From: Dimargaris cristalligena
Lineage: Eukaryota
Direction: 5' to 3'
Assembly (NCBI GenBank): GCA_003614675.1
Contig: ML002396.1
Location: 1 to 34,116, forward strand
DNA length: 34,116 nt
Shown here piece by piece: positions 23,925 through 34,116 of this stretch (positions within the stretch are counted from its first letter, which is position 1; every line of letters begins with the position of its first letter). The position numbers and the translations under genes are program-made. Under the pieces are notes generated by a model. That model ran no database searches. It had not been told where the DNA came from and saw only the letters and a list, made by a program, of their open reading frames with translations.

Positions 23925-25436
23925 ATGAACGCCCCCACTGTCACCGCTAAACGCACTGCCGCCTCCTTGTCGGCGCCTTCGGGCCGTCAGCTACTGCTGC
24001 GCCCCCAGGGTCACACACTACTACCCGTAACCGCCTTAGGCGCCCGGCGTGCCCTAACCACTAACCAGAATGAATCTAGTACTGCCTCGGTGATTGTGGA
24101 CGATGCCGAACTTGGTACCCGTGGCTGGACGGCCGCCGAACGTCGTCAACACCCCACGCCCGCTCCGGACCCCCGTATTGAACGTGAGGTGGAGGAACAG
24201 CTCGCCGAAGACCATCAACGGCACCGTTCCAGCGACCGTGACGCAGCTACACCGCCGCCGCCTTCTAATGCTGCCACCACCTCCTCGTCCTCGTGGGCGA
24301 ATGCCACCCGTTTGATGGCCAACCGGGTCATGAATATGACCAGTAACACTACTACTACTGCCGACACTTTTTGGACTCCTCAGACCCTGATGATGAGCAC
24401 CCACCGTCGCTACCTGCAGACCCGCTCCACTGGTCGCACTACTACTAGCCACCACGACTCCTCCTCCTCCATCCCCGGCCAATTCCGCCAAACTGCTGAA
24501 TCAGCCGGCGAAGCCGCCCGCGAAGTAGGCCGTGACTTGGAAGCCGCCTACGAAGGCACTAAACAAGAAATCCAAAACGATGTCATTGGTCAAATCAAGC
24601 AGGGCTTCAAACAATGGACCTCCAGTTTCGCTGGTGCATCATCGTCGACTGTTGATAGGGCTGCCTCCTCCTCCTCCTCTTACTTCGACGCCCTCCCCCA
24701 AGTAATCAAAGACACCGTTGTGGAAAAACTCAAGGAAAGTGCCAAACAATGGACTACCGGCGTATCATCGGCGTCCGCTGGTAAAGCCGCCTCCTCCTCT
24801 TCCTCTTACTTCGACGCCCTCCCGCAAGCAATCAAAGACGCCGTTGTGGACAAACTCAAGGAAAGTGCCAAACAATTGACCACCACCGCATCCGTGGGTA
24901 AGATTGCCCAGGAAATTGTCCGTGGTCTAAGTGCCTCCTCCTTCTCCTCCTCTTCCGGCGCCACCGGCTCCTCCTCCTCCTTCGATGGTATTCAACAGGG
25001 AATCAAAAAGGCCGTCATGGGTAAAGTCACGGAGGGCGCCAAGCAATGGGCCACCGCCGCATCGGTGGGTAAGGCCGCCCGCGAAATGGGCCGCGGTTTG
25101 GATTCGGCCTACGAGGACGCCCTCCGCGAAGCTAAAAATGGCGTCGTGGGTAAGGTTAAGGAGGGCGCCGAGCACTGGACCGCTGATTGGAAAACCAAAC
25201 TGGGTCAACTGAACGAACAATTGGCCGAAGCGTACGCCGCCGCGAAGGATAACGTCACGGAAATTGATGGCAAAAATGCCATGGAAGCCCTGGATGCCGA
25301 GGCGGCGCACTTGAAGGAGATTGGCCGTCGGATCGGGGTGTACAGTAAACCGGGCCAGGTGTCGCCGCAGACTAATGATACTTACGATGTAGCGAAGGAT
25401 AATGTTGTGGACCCCGCGCCTACTGCTGACAAGTAA
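23925..25436 (+). CDS. Uncharacterised 503-aa Ala/Ser/Lys/Glu-rich helical-repeat (LEA-like) protein with a probable mitochondrial presequence
   Basis: Long open frame with gene-like codon bias and a TATAAA at 23662. The N-terminal ~45 aa are Arg/Ala/Ser/Leu-rich with no acidic residues. Five copies of a VVxKxKEGAKQWT-like unit are separated by poly-Ser spacers. Confidence 0.8.
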   Translation: MNAPTVTAKRTAASLSAPSGRQLLLRPQGHTLLPVTALGARRALTTNQNESSTASVIVDDAELGTRGWTAAERRQHPTPAPDPRIEREVEEQLAEDHQRHRSSDRDAATPPPPSNAATTSSSSWANATRLMANRVMNMTSNTTTTADTFWTPQTLMMSTHRRYLQTRSTGRTTTSHHDSSSSIPGQFRQTAESAGEAAREVGRDLEAAYEGTKQEIQNDVIGQIKQGFKQWTSSFAGASSSTVDRAASSSSSYFDALPQVIKDTVVEKLKESAKQWTTGVSSASAGKAASSSSSYFDALPQAIKDAVVDKLKESAKQLTTTASVGKIAQEIVRGLSASSFSSSSGATGSSSSFDGIQQGIKKAVMGKVTEGAKQWATAASVGKAAREMGRGLDSAYEDALREAKNGVVGKVKEGAEHWTADWKTKLGQLNEQLAEAYAAAKDNVTEIDGKNAMEALDAEAAHLKEIGRRIGVYSKPGQVSPQTNDTYDVAKDNVVDPAPTADK

Positions 25437-25609
25437 ATGATTTGGCTGTGCACATAAGATAAATATCATACCACCCTTACTCCTCTCTCCTGTTTTTTTT
25501 TTCTTTCTAAGTTTTATTGTTCTTAATCTCATTATTTAAAAAAGAGTAAACGACAACTCTGAAACACTCTGTGCTCTTAATGTTGACTGGGCTGTCATAT
25601 ATTGTTGAC

Positions 25610-26210
25610 AGGAACTTCACCCATGCGGTTTTATATAAGATTATAAATAGTATGTTTGTGAAAATAGGCGGTTGATTGATATTCAGCTAGTAATACTTGC
25701 CTCATCCAACGGATTATTCACTATAAGGCCTGGCTGAACCGCTCTCCCATATGCATCGAGAACAGATTAATCTTTACAGAACAATGAAAACCATCTCCAA
25801 GTCGATCTGAATTAGTAAAACCGGCCCCTCCAACCGGACTTTTCGATGTACAGACAGGGCGAACTTCTACCATATGGCTGATTCACTACAGCACATGTCG
25901 GTCTATTTTTAGACCATAGGTACATGGAATTCAAGGTCGATTAGATGTGGTTGATCAGCCTGGTAGTTAAACCAAATATAAATATATATAGGACCTGTAA
26001 TGTCGTAGTGCGTGACCTAGCTAATTTTCCATCCACAAACTCTGTAGTATGAGAGGATATGGGTGAAGTTCGGCTCAGCTGTATAAGGTTTTAACTAATA
26101 TGTGTATGGGAAAGTCGGTGGGATGTTTATTTTCAACCAGTAGTATTTGCCTCACCAAATGGATTTTTCATTATACAGCCTGGTTGAACTACTCTCATAT
26201 ACACAACCGC
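25610..26210. repeat. Decayed non-coding element built of direct and inverted sub-repeats
   Basis: 25682-25752 (ttcagctagtaatacttgcctcatccaacggattattcactataaggcctggctgaac) recurs at 26132-26202 (ttcaaccagtagtatttgcctcaccaaatggatttttcattatacagcctggttgaac). A gaacttc(a)cccatat-like core occurs near 25612 and 25861, and inverted at ~26056-26072. Confidence 0.55.
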
Positions 26211-26846
26211 GTGATTCCAGTTCATTATTTATGCCCACTAAAATTATCAATGTGGCCAAATGGGGTCCACCTAGTGGATCCTTTTCCTTATAATGGTCCC
26301 GAATAATTTAGGTATATCCCACTGAGACCTTTAACCCTTTCATAACACCATCTCGTAGGGTATGCAGTATATATATAACAGCAGTAACTCCGAAGCTATC
26401 GGTTGATCTTGATTTCCGGATTCTAAAATGATACTGCCGGGCCGTCAATATGTATATTACGTTGACCATGCCACTGAAACTGACCCTTTTGGTCGTTCAG
26501 ATACCAAGACGGACAGTATAGCCCTTTAGGGAAACCGGAATAAAGAGGACCGACGGCAGCCGCAGGAGGACCAATTGTGGAAACTCTGTATCGCCATGTC
26601 ATATTTGAAGGAGTATTTATTTGAGCGGCTAAAATCACTAGCATAGTATTTGCATTGAAGTGGTAGAGGAGACATAGTTTATATATTTGGTATTCTGACA
26701 AAGGGGAAGGTCCGAGTCGTAGGGGTTCAGTTGACGCTTCACGCAGTCCCATTTTAACCAGTGCCGAAATAGAGTAATCGCCGATTCTAGATGATACAGG
26801 TGAAGCGAGCATCTGTTGATCTATTGTATTTAGTAAAGTCCGGCCC

Positions 26847-27531
26847 TGATACGTGTAGGGCTTTTAGGGCTGTGTTTGTGGGGGGGGGTTACGGGGTTCT
26901 TGTGGGGAGCTTAGGAGAAACAGGGCACAGAGGACGGAAGGGTTTCCTACCACCAATAATATAGGGATAACACTAAAAAACACTTGATAATAACAATACT
27001 CGGAAGATACTACAACACCGAACTATATTTACCCTTTTATGCCTGGCGTTAGTGTCACTATTATGCACGAGGTGCTTTATAATTTGTAACAACCCCCGAA
27101 TATACCCTATTTGAATATCAGCCCATTTCTGGTCGCACTCTGACCTAGCTTATACGAGACGATACCTCCGCTACATTGCTACTCCAATGACTCACTACAC
27201 GATAACGGACCATACTCCAGCAACTATGACAAACATTCGGCCGTCGCTACCGATATTATCGTTTAGTAGTAATACTTGCTATCGCCGCCGTAGTATAAAT
27301 ACCGACGGAATTACCGATACATTAATAAATCAGCCGATTATAACCCTGGTTTCTTGAGATTGTCCTTCGTAGTATCATTTAGTAGTATCCTATAGTACCT
27401 TTTCATTTATCCTCTCCTTATTCCTAACATCTCCGGTGGTAGGAACCCCTAACGCCCTCCGTACCCCTGTTCTCCCGAGCCCCATCTTTATACCACGTAC
27501 CCGCACTGCCTAAAAAGCCATATACGTATTA
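26847..27531. repeat. ~100-bp diverged inverted repeats (26847-26954 and 27435-27531) around a ~480-bp spacer; possible MITE or LTR-fragment pair
   Basis: The reverse complement of the left arm (ggtggtaggaaacccttccgtcctctgtgccctgtttctcc...gccctaaaagccctacacgtatca) matches the right arm (ggtggtaggaacccctaacgccctccgtacccctgttctcc...gcctaaaaagccatatacgtatta). Confidence 0.6.
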
Positions 27532-28113
27532 AATACTATAATAATATTCGAAACATGAACTCGTTTTCCTGGAGACGTAGCTCTGAAGTTGTCTGGTTTA
27601 TTAAGAGGTCGAAGGTTCTGTCGGTATTTACACTACGACAGTAAGGGCAGGGATTGCCGGTAGAATGTAATGTCGGGGAGAATAATGAAGGGTTCAGTAT
27701 GGGTAGCCCAAGTAAAATCTGGTACTGTCTGAGGAAACATTGAAAATAGCAAGCCAACCGGAATTATAGCTATAGTGTCGGCCAAAGCAGGGCGGGGCGG
27801 GTATGGGCTGATATTTGGCTATTGTACACGCATGTCCGATATAATAATAAGGTACGCCATACATAGGGGCAAGTATTAATGCCGGGTCACCAGGGGTAGA
27901 TACGTTTCAGGCCCACTTGTGAAATATATACTAGCAAACGTATAAAAGCGCGCCGCAAGTCTGACATTCTCATACCCAGCATCTTATTTACTCATCTATC
28001 CAACCAGCATACTTTGTCTCCATCTCCACTAAGTCGCCCCACCCTTCACCGTCGATTCCACAATTCTATTCCCACCCGACTTCTACAACCACAACTCGCC
28101 CACCACCTCCGGT

Positions 28114-28386
28114 ATGCAACTCCCTTCGCTCATCAAGGCCCTCCTCCTTGTGGCGGCCACTGCTATCAGTGCCGCTTTCCTGACCAACGCTGCCTCTTTA
28201 CCTCGGTCCGAATCCCACCTCCAGCGCCGGGCGGTTGGCCTTGAGCAGACCCTGGTTCGCCGCCGTCCTATACCTTCTGACCCTACCCCTCCACCAAGTA
28301 CCAGCCCCGGTCCCGCTCCCAATCCCCTTCCCACTCCCCCACAAGTCAAAACCAAACCAGCCAATAGTAATGGTCCCAAGAAGTAA
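28114..28386 (+). CDS. Small secreted Pro-rich protein (90 aa) with signal peptide and two LxRR dibasic processing sites
   Basis: TATAAAA at 27941-27947 and a C/A-rich leader precede a signal peptide (MQLPSLIKALLLVAATAISA). HLQRR and TLVRR motifs follow, then a Pro/Thr-rich tail. The 3' end could alternatively splice at aa|gtaact. Confidence 0.7.
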   Translation: MQLPSLIKALLLVAATAISAAFLTNAASLPRSESHLQRRAVGLEQTLVRRRPIPSDPTPPPSTSPGPAPNPLPTPPQVKTKPANSNGPKK

Positions 28387-29660
28387 CTTGGTCACTAGAA
28401 TATGTCCTGGTCACCTTGAGGCTATGTTGGTCTTTGGGGATGAATCCGGCTCCCTGACTTGTCCACCATCTATTGATTCATTGTTTTATTTTACCTTTAT
28501 TCCCGTTCAATCCTAGTTGTCCCAGTGGTGGTAGACTGGTTTTGTTGTTGTGTACTAGTATTATGCAACATTATTATAGCCCGCCCTCCATTCAATAGAC
28601 ACCCTGAGAGTATTGGTATATGTGATCTGTGATGGACCATTGTTTGATGTGGTTAGGGAAAGAAATAGGTAACTGGGAAGACTACCGAACGTATGTCGCC
28701 GTAGGAATATTGTTAAATAGACATCTAAATGACAACCAAACCTGGTTAAGTGTGGCGGAAATTACAATAGGATACAGGCCAGGGGACAATTTGTGAGGTA
28801 GTGTTGGAAAATACGAGTCGATAAGCCTGGCCTTGCCCGAAGTGTGGGCGGAGTGGGAAAGGGAGGGCAGGTTATTTAATCTATTGGGTATTCACTGCCA
28901 ATAAGTGGCGGGGTTCATCCAAAGTCGGTAGCCTTAGATAGGTATAGCCGGATTGAACCATTTTGACTGTTGGCCCTACACCCCAGCTATCACGTAGTCC
29001 TAAATATCAGCATATTTCGTAATAGTGCTGTTTAACAAGTGCTAAGGGCGAATTGAAATTGGCCGATTCACGTTTCTACAGGCGATTGTCCTGACCCCTT
29101 AATGTTAGACGGGGGTGATGACCGTTAAATAGTGCATAAAAGTGCAAAGGGGCCAACAATTTATCTGAGTAATAGGCTAACAATCCATGCATATATTACT
29201 ACATTCGGGGCCCGCAACTGGATGCCCTACAAATTGCAGAAGTATATTATATTACTTAGATACACTAATAAAAGAGGCCAACTTTGGCGCTAGAAGTCCC
29301 GTTATTGTAGTCGATAATTGCATTAGCCATATTGAGTAGCTTCCAGTACAGAACTAGCTCGTCACTCGAATTGTACACTAACCCCCCCTAGTAAGTCAGA
29401 CCACCAGTAGGATGTACAGCAGCGGACGTTTGAAACCGACCCTAACCCTAGCTCTTTTGTAATGGGCAGCTACGTACCGCGGTTGCTATTTTGGATATAT
29501 TTCGAACATAAATGTCACTATAGGGTTTTGTGGTTGCAATCTGTTGGTACTGCTAACGACCCAGCCTCGCTGTATAGAGGCATTCTCGCCCGACGATCTC
29601 TCTATTGGGTTCATTTTGAAGATTTCTCTAGTCTTGAAACCTGGTCTTATACTCCTTCTT

Positions 29661-30239
29661 TCACCTACGGTGGTACACTCGATTAAAGGTAGGATTCCTA
29701 TTTTTTAGCTGCTTGGGGATCATTGCGCGAGCCAAGTTCAATTGGGTAGGGATGGGCGGCGAATCAGTGATAGTTTCTCGTCGCTGATCGTTGATTCGCT
29801 GACTTTCCAAATGCCACTGCCGTGCCAACTCCAATGCTTTATCATTTTCACTTTGTGTTAATTGTACTATTACGGCAGCTCCATAGTGGGGTATCTAGTA
29901 TACGGTCGCATGGTCCCGGTAGTTGTGGAAGGAACCATTCGAGCAAATTTGTTTTATTTTTGTTTTTTGGCAACGAGAGCTACCAGCAACCCCTTCCCTC
30001 TGCTGATATTTTGTCACCGTGTGTTGTATTGGGTGTACATACAGGCGTCGTATTCGGGTATATTCGCCACAACCCGGTCTTTTTGGGATTTCATAAAACA
30101 CATCAGGTAATCTCTCTCTTTTGAAACATCCATTGGTGTTCAGCTGTTCCATGCCAGTGGTACAGGGTCCTAGAGGCCAGGAAACCCATACACCCATTTC
30201 GGAGTCCGCTATCGATGGCTGACTTAGTCTCCACAACAA
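29661..30239 (-). pseudogene. Possible decayed coding remnant of unknown family
   Basis: The minus-strand ORF 30239-29895 continues in the same frame past a single TAG for 77 more codons (IPHYGAAVIVQLTQSENDKALELARQWHLESQRIND...). No motif was recognised. Confidence 0.2.
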
Positions 30240-31457
30240 ATTACAGCTCGGTGGAGCAGAAAAGGGCTGACTATCGAATAGAGAGGGATTGGATGGAACA
30301 ATATAGCGATAAAAACCACCTGTCCATTACAAAAGGCGCGTTTAAGAATTTCCGTATCAACCAGGTGAGGCTTCATTGGAACTAAAAATAGGGACATATT
30401 GGTCGATAATTATTAGCTGACGTGGTGTGTATATTCCCCTGGAGAGCCCATGGTCCTTCACTCATCCCCCCCTCTACATCGGGGTCTTCTGTTATATTTT
30501 TAGTCGCCATACCGTAGGACCTATGTTAGTCTAGTGTTAACTATTAACTAAATATGTACGGAAATGCTTTTATTATCCATGTGGGATAGCTCTGTGGAAA
30601 TAATGTGTTTTTAGTGATAGTACGTAGTGGTGTGCTTATGGGCCGCAGGTACCTTATATGATGTGGGCTACTTAATAGTAATTTGTTGGTACCATTTCTT
30701 ACATAGGGTTGGGGTTAGTAGAGAACTAGTAATAAAAATTTATTTTCGGGAGCCTCAAATGGTCGCAGAGTATATTTAATAGCGGAAGCTGTGCACCCAC
30801 ATTTCCAGCCAAGATAAAATAATTATCTTGACATATTAATACTATATAGTAGGCTAATATAATCTTTGGGGCAACCGTACACTTGGGCAGCCCACTACCA
30901 CCACAATGATCATTATAAATAGGGTCCCTAAGGGACTAGGTATCATTAATATCACCAGAGGAAGGAACCTGGCCCCAAAAGTATCTAAACCTTGGTTATT
31001 CAATATAAATGGTTTTAACTGAAGTGACATGGTTGATAAATGTGCCTGTATTTAGAAAACTGCACTACTCTAAGTAATACCCCACCCCTCTTACCATAGT
31101 ATAACCCTTTCCCAACCCATTACCAACTCCCACACTCTCTTATTCACTCTATAAACCAGATTATATGGTAATTGAGTATGGTTACTTGAGGTATAGGCCC
31201 CCCTTCCATTCTCAAGCATCTTGTTAGTCTGGTTTTCAAGTTGATACCTCTGACCCAAGGAGAAGATATATGCAGTAGGAGGGGGGGGACAAATTTAAGA
31301 GGAATAATACTAGCCAATACTCCACCCACCCCCTTTCCTAATACCCCTTTATCATTATCAATTTGGTGACAATGATGCTGTCAATTAATGACCATTGGTG
31401 AAGAACCAATATATGCAGGCAAAGGCCTTTGTTGGTATCAAGGACAGGTATATCCTC

Positions 31458-32909
31458 TGTTGCCCAAATTAACCACTCTTAGTCCATCAAGAGTCTTGGG
31501 GATAGGCTTCTAATGGTAGGTGGGGCTTAGATATGGCCAAGTGGGCTACTAGTGTCAGGTATGGGGTACAATACTAACTAGTAAAGGCTTAGGCAATTAG
31601 CTATGCAAGGAACATACAGCAGGCATACTTACTAGTCAGCATAAGGGGGTGAGTATATATAGAGTTTATTGAGGTAAACTGGGGGATAAGAAATAAGCTA
31701 AGGAATCCAACCGGTCCCAGTGGGGGCCAGTGTGGCAAGGTGGAGTGTCCCCTTTATTGCCACAGGTATAAATTATTATTATTTGGTTATTATATTTATA
31801 TATAAGGTATGAAGTGGCTTTTTTGTCTGGTATATCCAGTTTTTTTCCCTTCCCTTTTAACCCATTCCTTCCATATGAATTTTTCCTTTCCTTTGATTTT
31901 ATTTATATTTCTATTAGTGGATACATGCTATCCTTACAATTAGATATACATATTCATGCTTGATTAATAGTGGTTATTTGATTTTATTCTTGCCCTTCTT
32001 TTATTGGTTTTACTATGTGAATTTATTATTTACTTTTTATTGGTTATGTAGGCTTACTTTCATTTTATTGGTTTAATTAATTCTCTGCCTTATACAGAGA
32101 ATGGCTTGGAACTCTTAGCTATAGAGCTAAAAGTCTTGGCTTTTTTTTTTGGATTAAATATGCACCATTGATGCACTCAATTGGGCTATGCATGCAGTCA
32201 ATTGGTACACTCATGCAAGTGATTGGAACATGCATTAGTGTGCATTTTTATATATAAGGGAAACTTTTCTCCCTCTTTTTTTCTGTGTTAATTTCTTTGG
32301 GTCAATTTTTAGGTACCAATTTTCATCTTTCTTTTATATTAAAACCTATCTTTATTATTACTCTGGTTATTGGGATTTTATACTTCAAGTTATGGTTACC
32401 AAGGACTAACCTTTTGAGCTTCCAAACAAGTATTTATCATATTGGATTACTTTAGTTAAAAACTTTATATAGTTAGTATTATTTATATATATTTTTCATT
32501 TAAATGACAAACCAGTTCACCTGGAGAAGCCACCCTACCCTTTTAATAGTATTTTGTTGTTCATTTTAGTGGCTTGACACCACCACACTGTGACACCAGT
32601 TATATATTTGTAGGGGACAACTCCAAAGGGAGGTCCCTGAAGGAAGATACTACTAGGACTACTGATGGGACAAATAGCTAACCAGATAGGTGTGAGGACA
32701 TGGAAGACTCTACTGGGAACTGGAAGAGTTGTAAGATAAGCTGGGAGTGATTAATGTAAACCTCAGAGTCCAGAAAGGGAATAGTTATATTATATAGGGT
32801 GATCCCATAGCACTGGGGGTAACTATAGGAAGGTTAATATAGTGCTATAAGGCCTAATAAGGGCAGTCAATTGTTATATCCAGATTAAGCCAGGTAAGAT
32901 AGACTGATA
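31458..32909 (+). mobile_element. Solo LTR-like repeat, family 1, copy C, with TSD, split by a nested insertion
   Basis: Starts TGTTGCCC and ends CTGATA. It is flanked by TCCTC (31453-31457 and 32910-32914), and the identity extends to ATATCCTC. Removing 31731-32595 and one CCAG leaves 583 bp collinear with copy A. Confidence 0.8.
31731..32595. mobile_element. Nested 865-bp TG...CA element (probable solo LTR of a second family) with 4-bp TSD CCAG
   Basis: Copy A reads gggggctagttatata uninterrupted. Copy C reads gggggCCAG|TGTGGCA...TGTGACA|CCAGttatata. The element is AT-rich and nearly CpG-free, with an internal tatataag box near 32250. Confidence 0.8.
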
Positions 32910-34116
32910 TCCTCCCCAGTCACCCTAACCCTGGAGATACCAGGGGAGTGGAGATGGAGGATGTGAGTAAACTTAGGACTTGTTCATAAAATGAGTAGAG
33001 CTAATACCCCCCCCTCCTTTCCCTTAATTCCATCTATGCCACATTCCACCCTTGAAGCCCACTCTATTGCTCTAGACTCCCTTTCAGGTATTTACTAAAT
33101 TTTTGCAAAATATAAATTACAGTTCTCTCCTTAGGCTATTTTAGGTAAGTGCTAAAAGTAGCTACTACTATCATCCCCAAATGTGCTCAATTATACCTCA
33201 GTTAATGAATGAGGCAGTATCAGTTACCAAAATTAAAAAGTAAGGGGGGGGGGTTCATACTCTAGGGCTACCATCCCTCCCTCTTGCCCCCATTTCAGTA
33301 ACTGAAGCAGGCCAATATCCTGGATTGGTATGCTACCTCTACAAATATTTTGTTTAAAATGGAGTAGAACTGAGTTGTGATGGCCAATTATAAAACAGCT
33401 CCCATTACACCTAATTATTTTATCCAAAGGGAACTATTGAAAAATGAACCTTCTTTTCTTCTGTCATTTAGCCAACACCCCCCTCTCTCCCTTTATGCCA
33501 ATTTTAGAGGGACTCATCATTGGACTATCCACAGTTCAGAACCTCAATCCTAGAATACCTCACTAGGCTACTGTCCATTGGTCATTGACCCTTTTCTCAT
33601 AGTTGCTTGCCCTTTATCGACTCCTTTTCCTCTCCCAATATAGCCAACATCAAGGTCCAAGGGGGAGAAAAATGTTTGTGTCAGTATTTCCATTGATTGT
33701 TTGAATAAAGGATCAACAGAAGTGGCTGTGGTGCTTGTGCCACGCCTTTGCACCTGTATCTATTGACCCAAGGGGAGGAAAAGGGAATAGGGATGTGGGT
33801 GGGGAAAGGGGGGGAGGGTAGCACTGTTGTTGCAATGGAGGAAATTAGATGCCAAAAATATAGGAAAATAAGGAAATTTCGCAGTTTTATAAAAACCGGC
33901 ATTTCCACCCCCTACTCTTGACCATTCTATTTTCACATACCTGTATATATGGGAGAAGTTCAATCAAGCTATATAACGATTTGAATGAAAGTTCCAATTG
34001 ATGTAGTGGGACTATTTTTTTATCGAAACGGGAAATAGGTAGATCGATGGGACTTTTTTTTAAAATGAGGGAAAAATGATCCCCGACCCTGTGATTAATC
34101 ATAAGACCTATAATAA

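Noticed and set aside
29440..29451. ccctaacccta telomere-like motif (also near 32922)
   Set aside because: Fewer than two full units and internal, so a chance occurrence.
33165..33200. Minus-strand IEHIWG resembling the Tc1/mariner NPIENLW motif
   Set aside because: It is flanked by stops with no SPDLNP or other DDE motifs, so it is too short to support.

Overview
Eukaryotic, fungal genomic DNA: GT-AG introns, a Zn2Cys6 transcription factor and hevein domains. The gene content, especially the MT-A70 subtype, suggests an early-diverging fungus (inference, not proven). A gene-containing core (~4.6-28.4 kb) is flanked by CpG-depleted, repeat-derived ends. Seven genes are supported, all on the + strand: (1) a secreted, catalytic-domain-free protein with at least 11 tandem hevein/CBM18 chitin-binding modules, interrupted by a 59-N assembly gap; (2) an intronless Zn2Cys6 transcription factor; (3) an 8-exon, ~508-aa MT-A70-family adenine-methyltransferase-like gene with DPPL instead of DPPW, which the ORF track shows only as fragments and which I reconstructed by hand; (4) diphosphomevalonate decarboxylase; (5) an ER cyclophilin B ending HPEL; (6) a LEA-like helical-repeat protein with a mitochondrial-type N-terminus; (7) a small secreted Pro-rich protein with two dibasic sites. 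One ~580-bp LTR-like family occurs three times: two copies form an inverted pair, and the third has a target-site duplication and a nested 865-bp element with its own TSD. No tRNA, rRNA or CRISPR was seen. All alignments and counts were done by eye.
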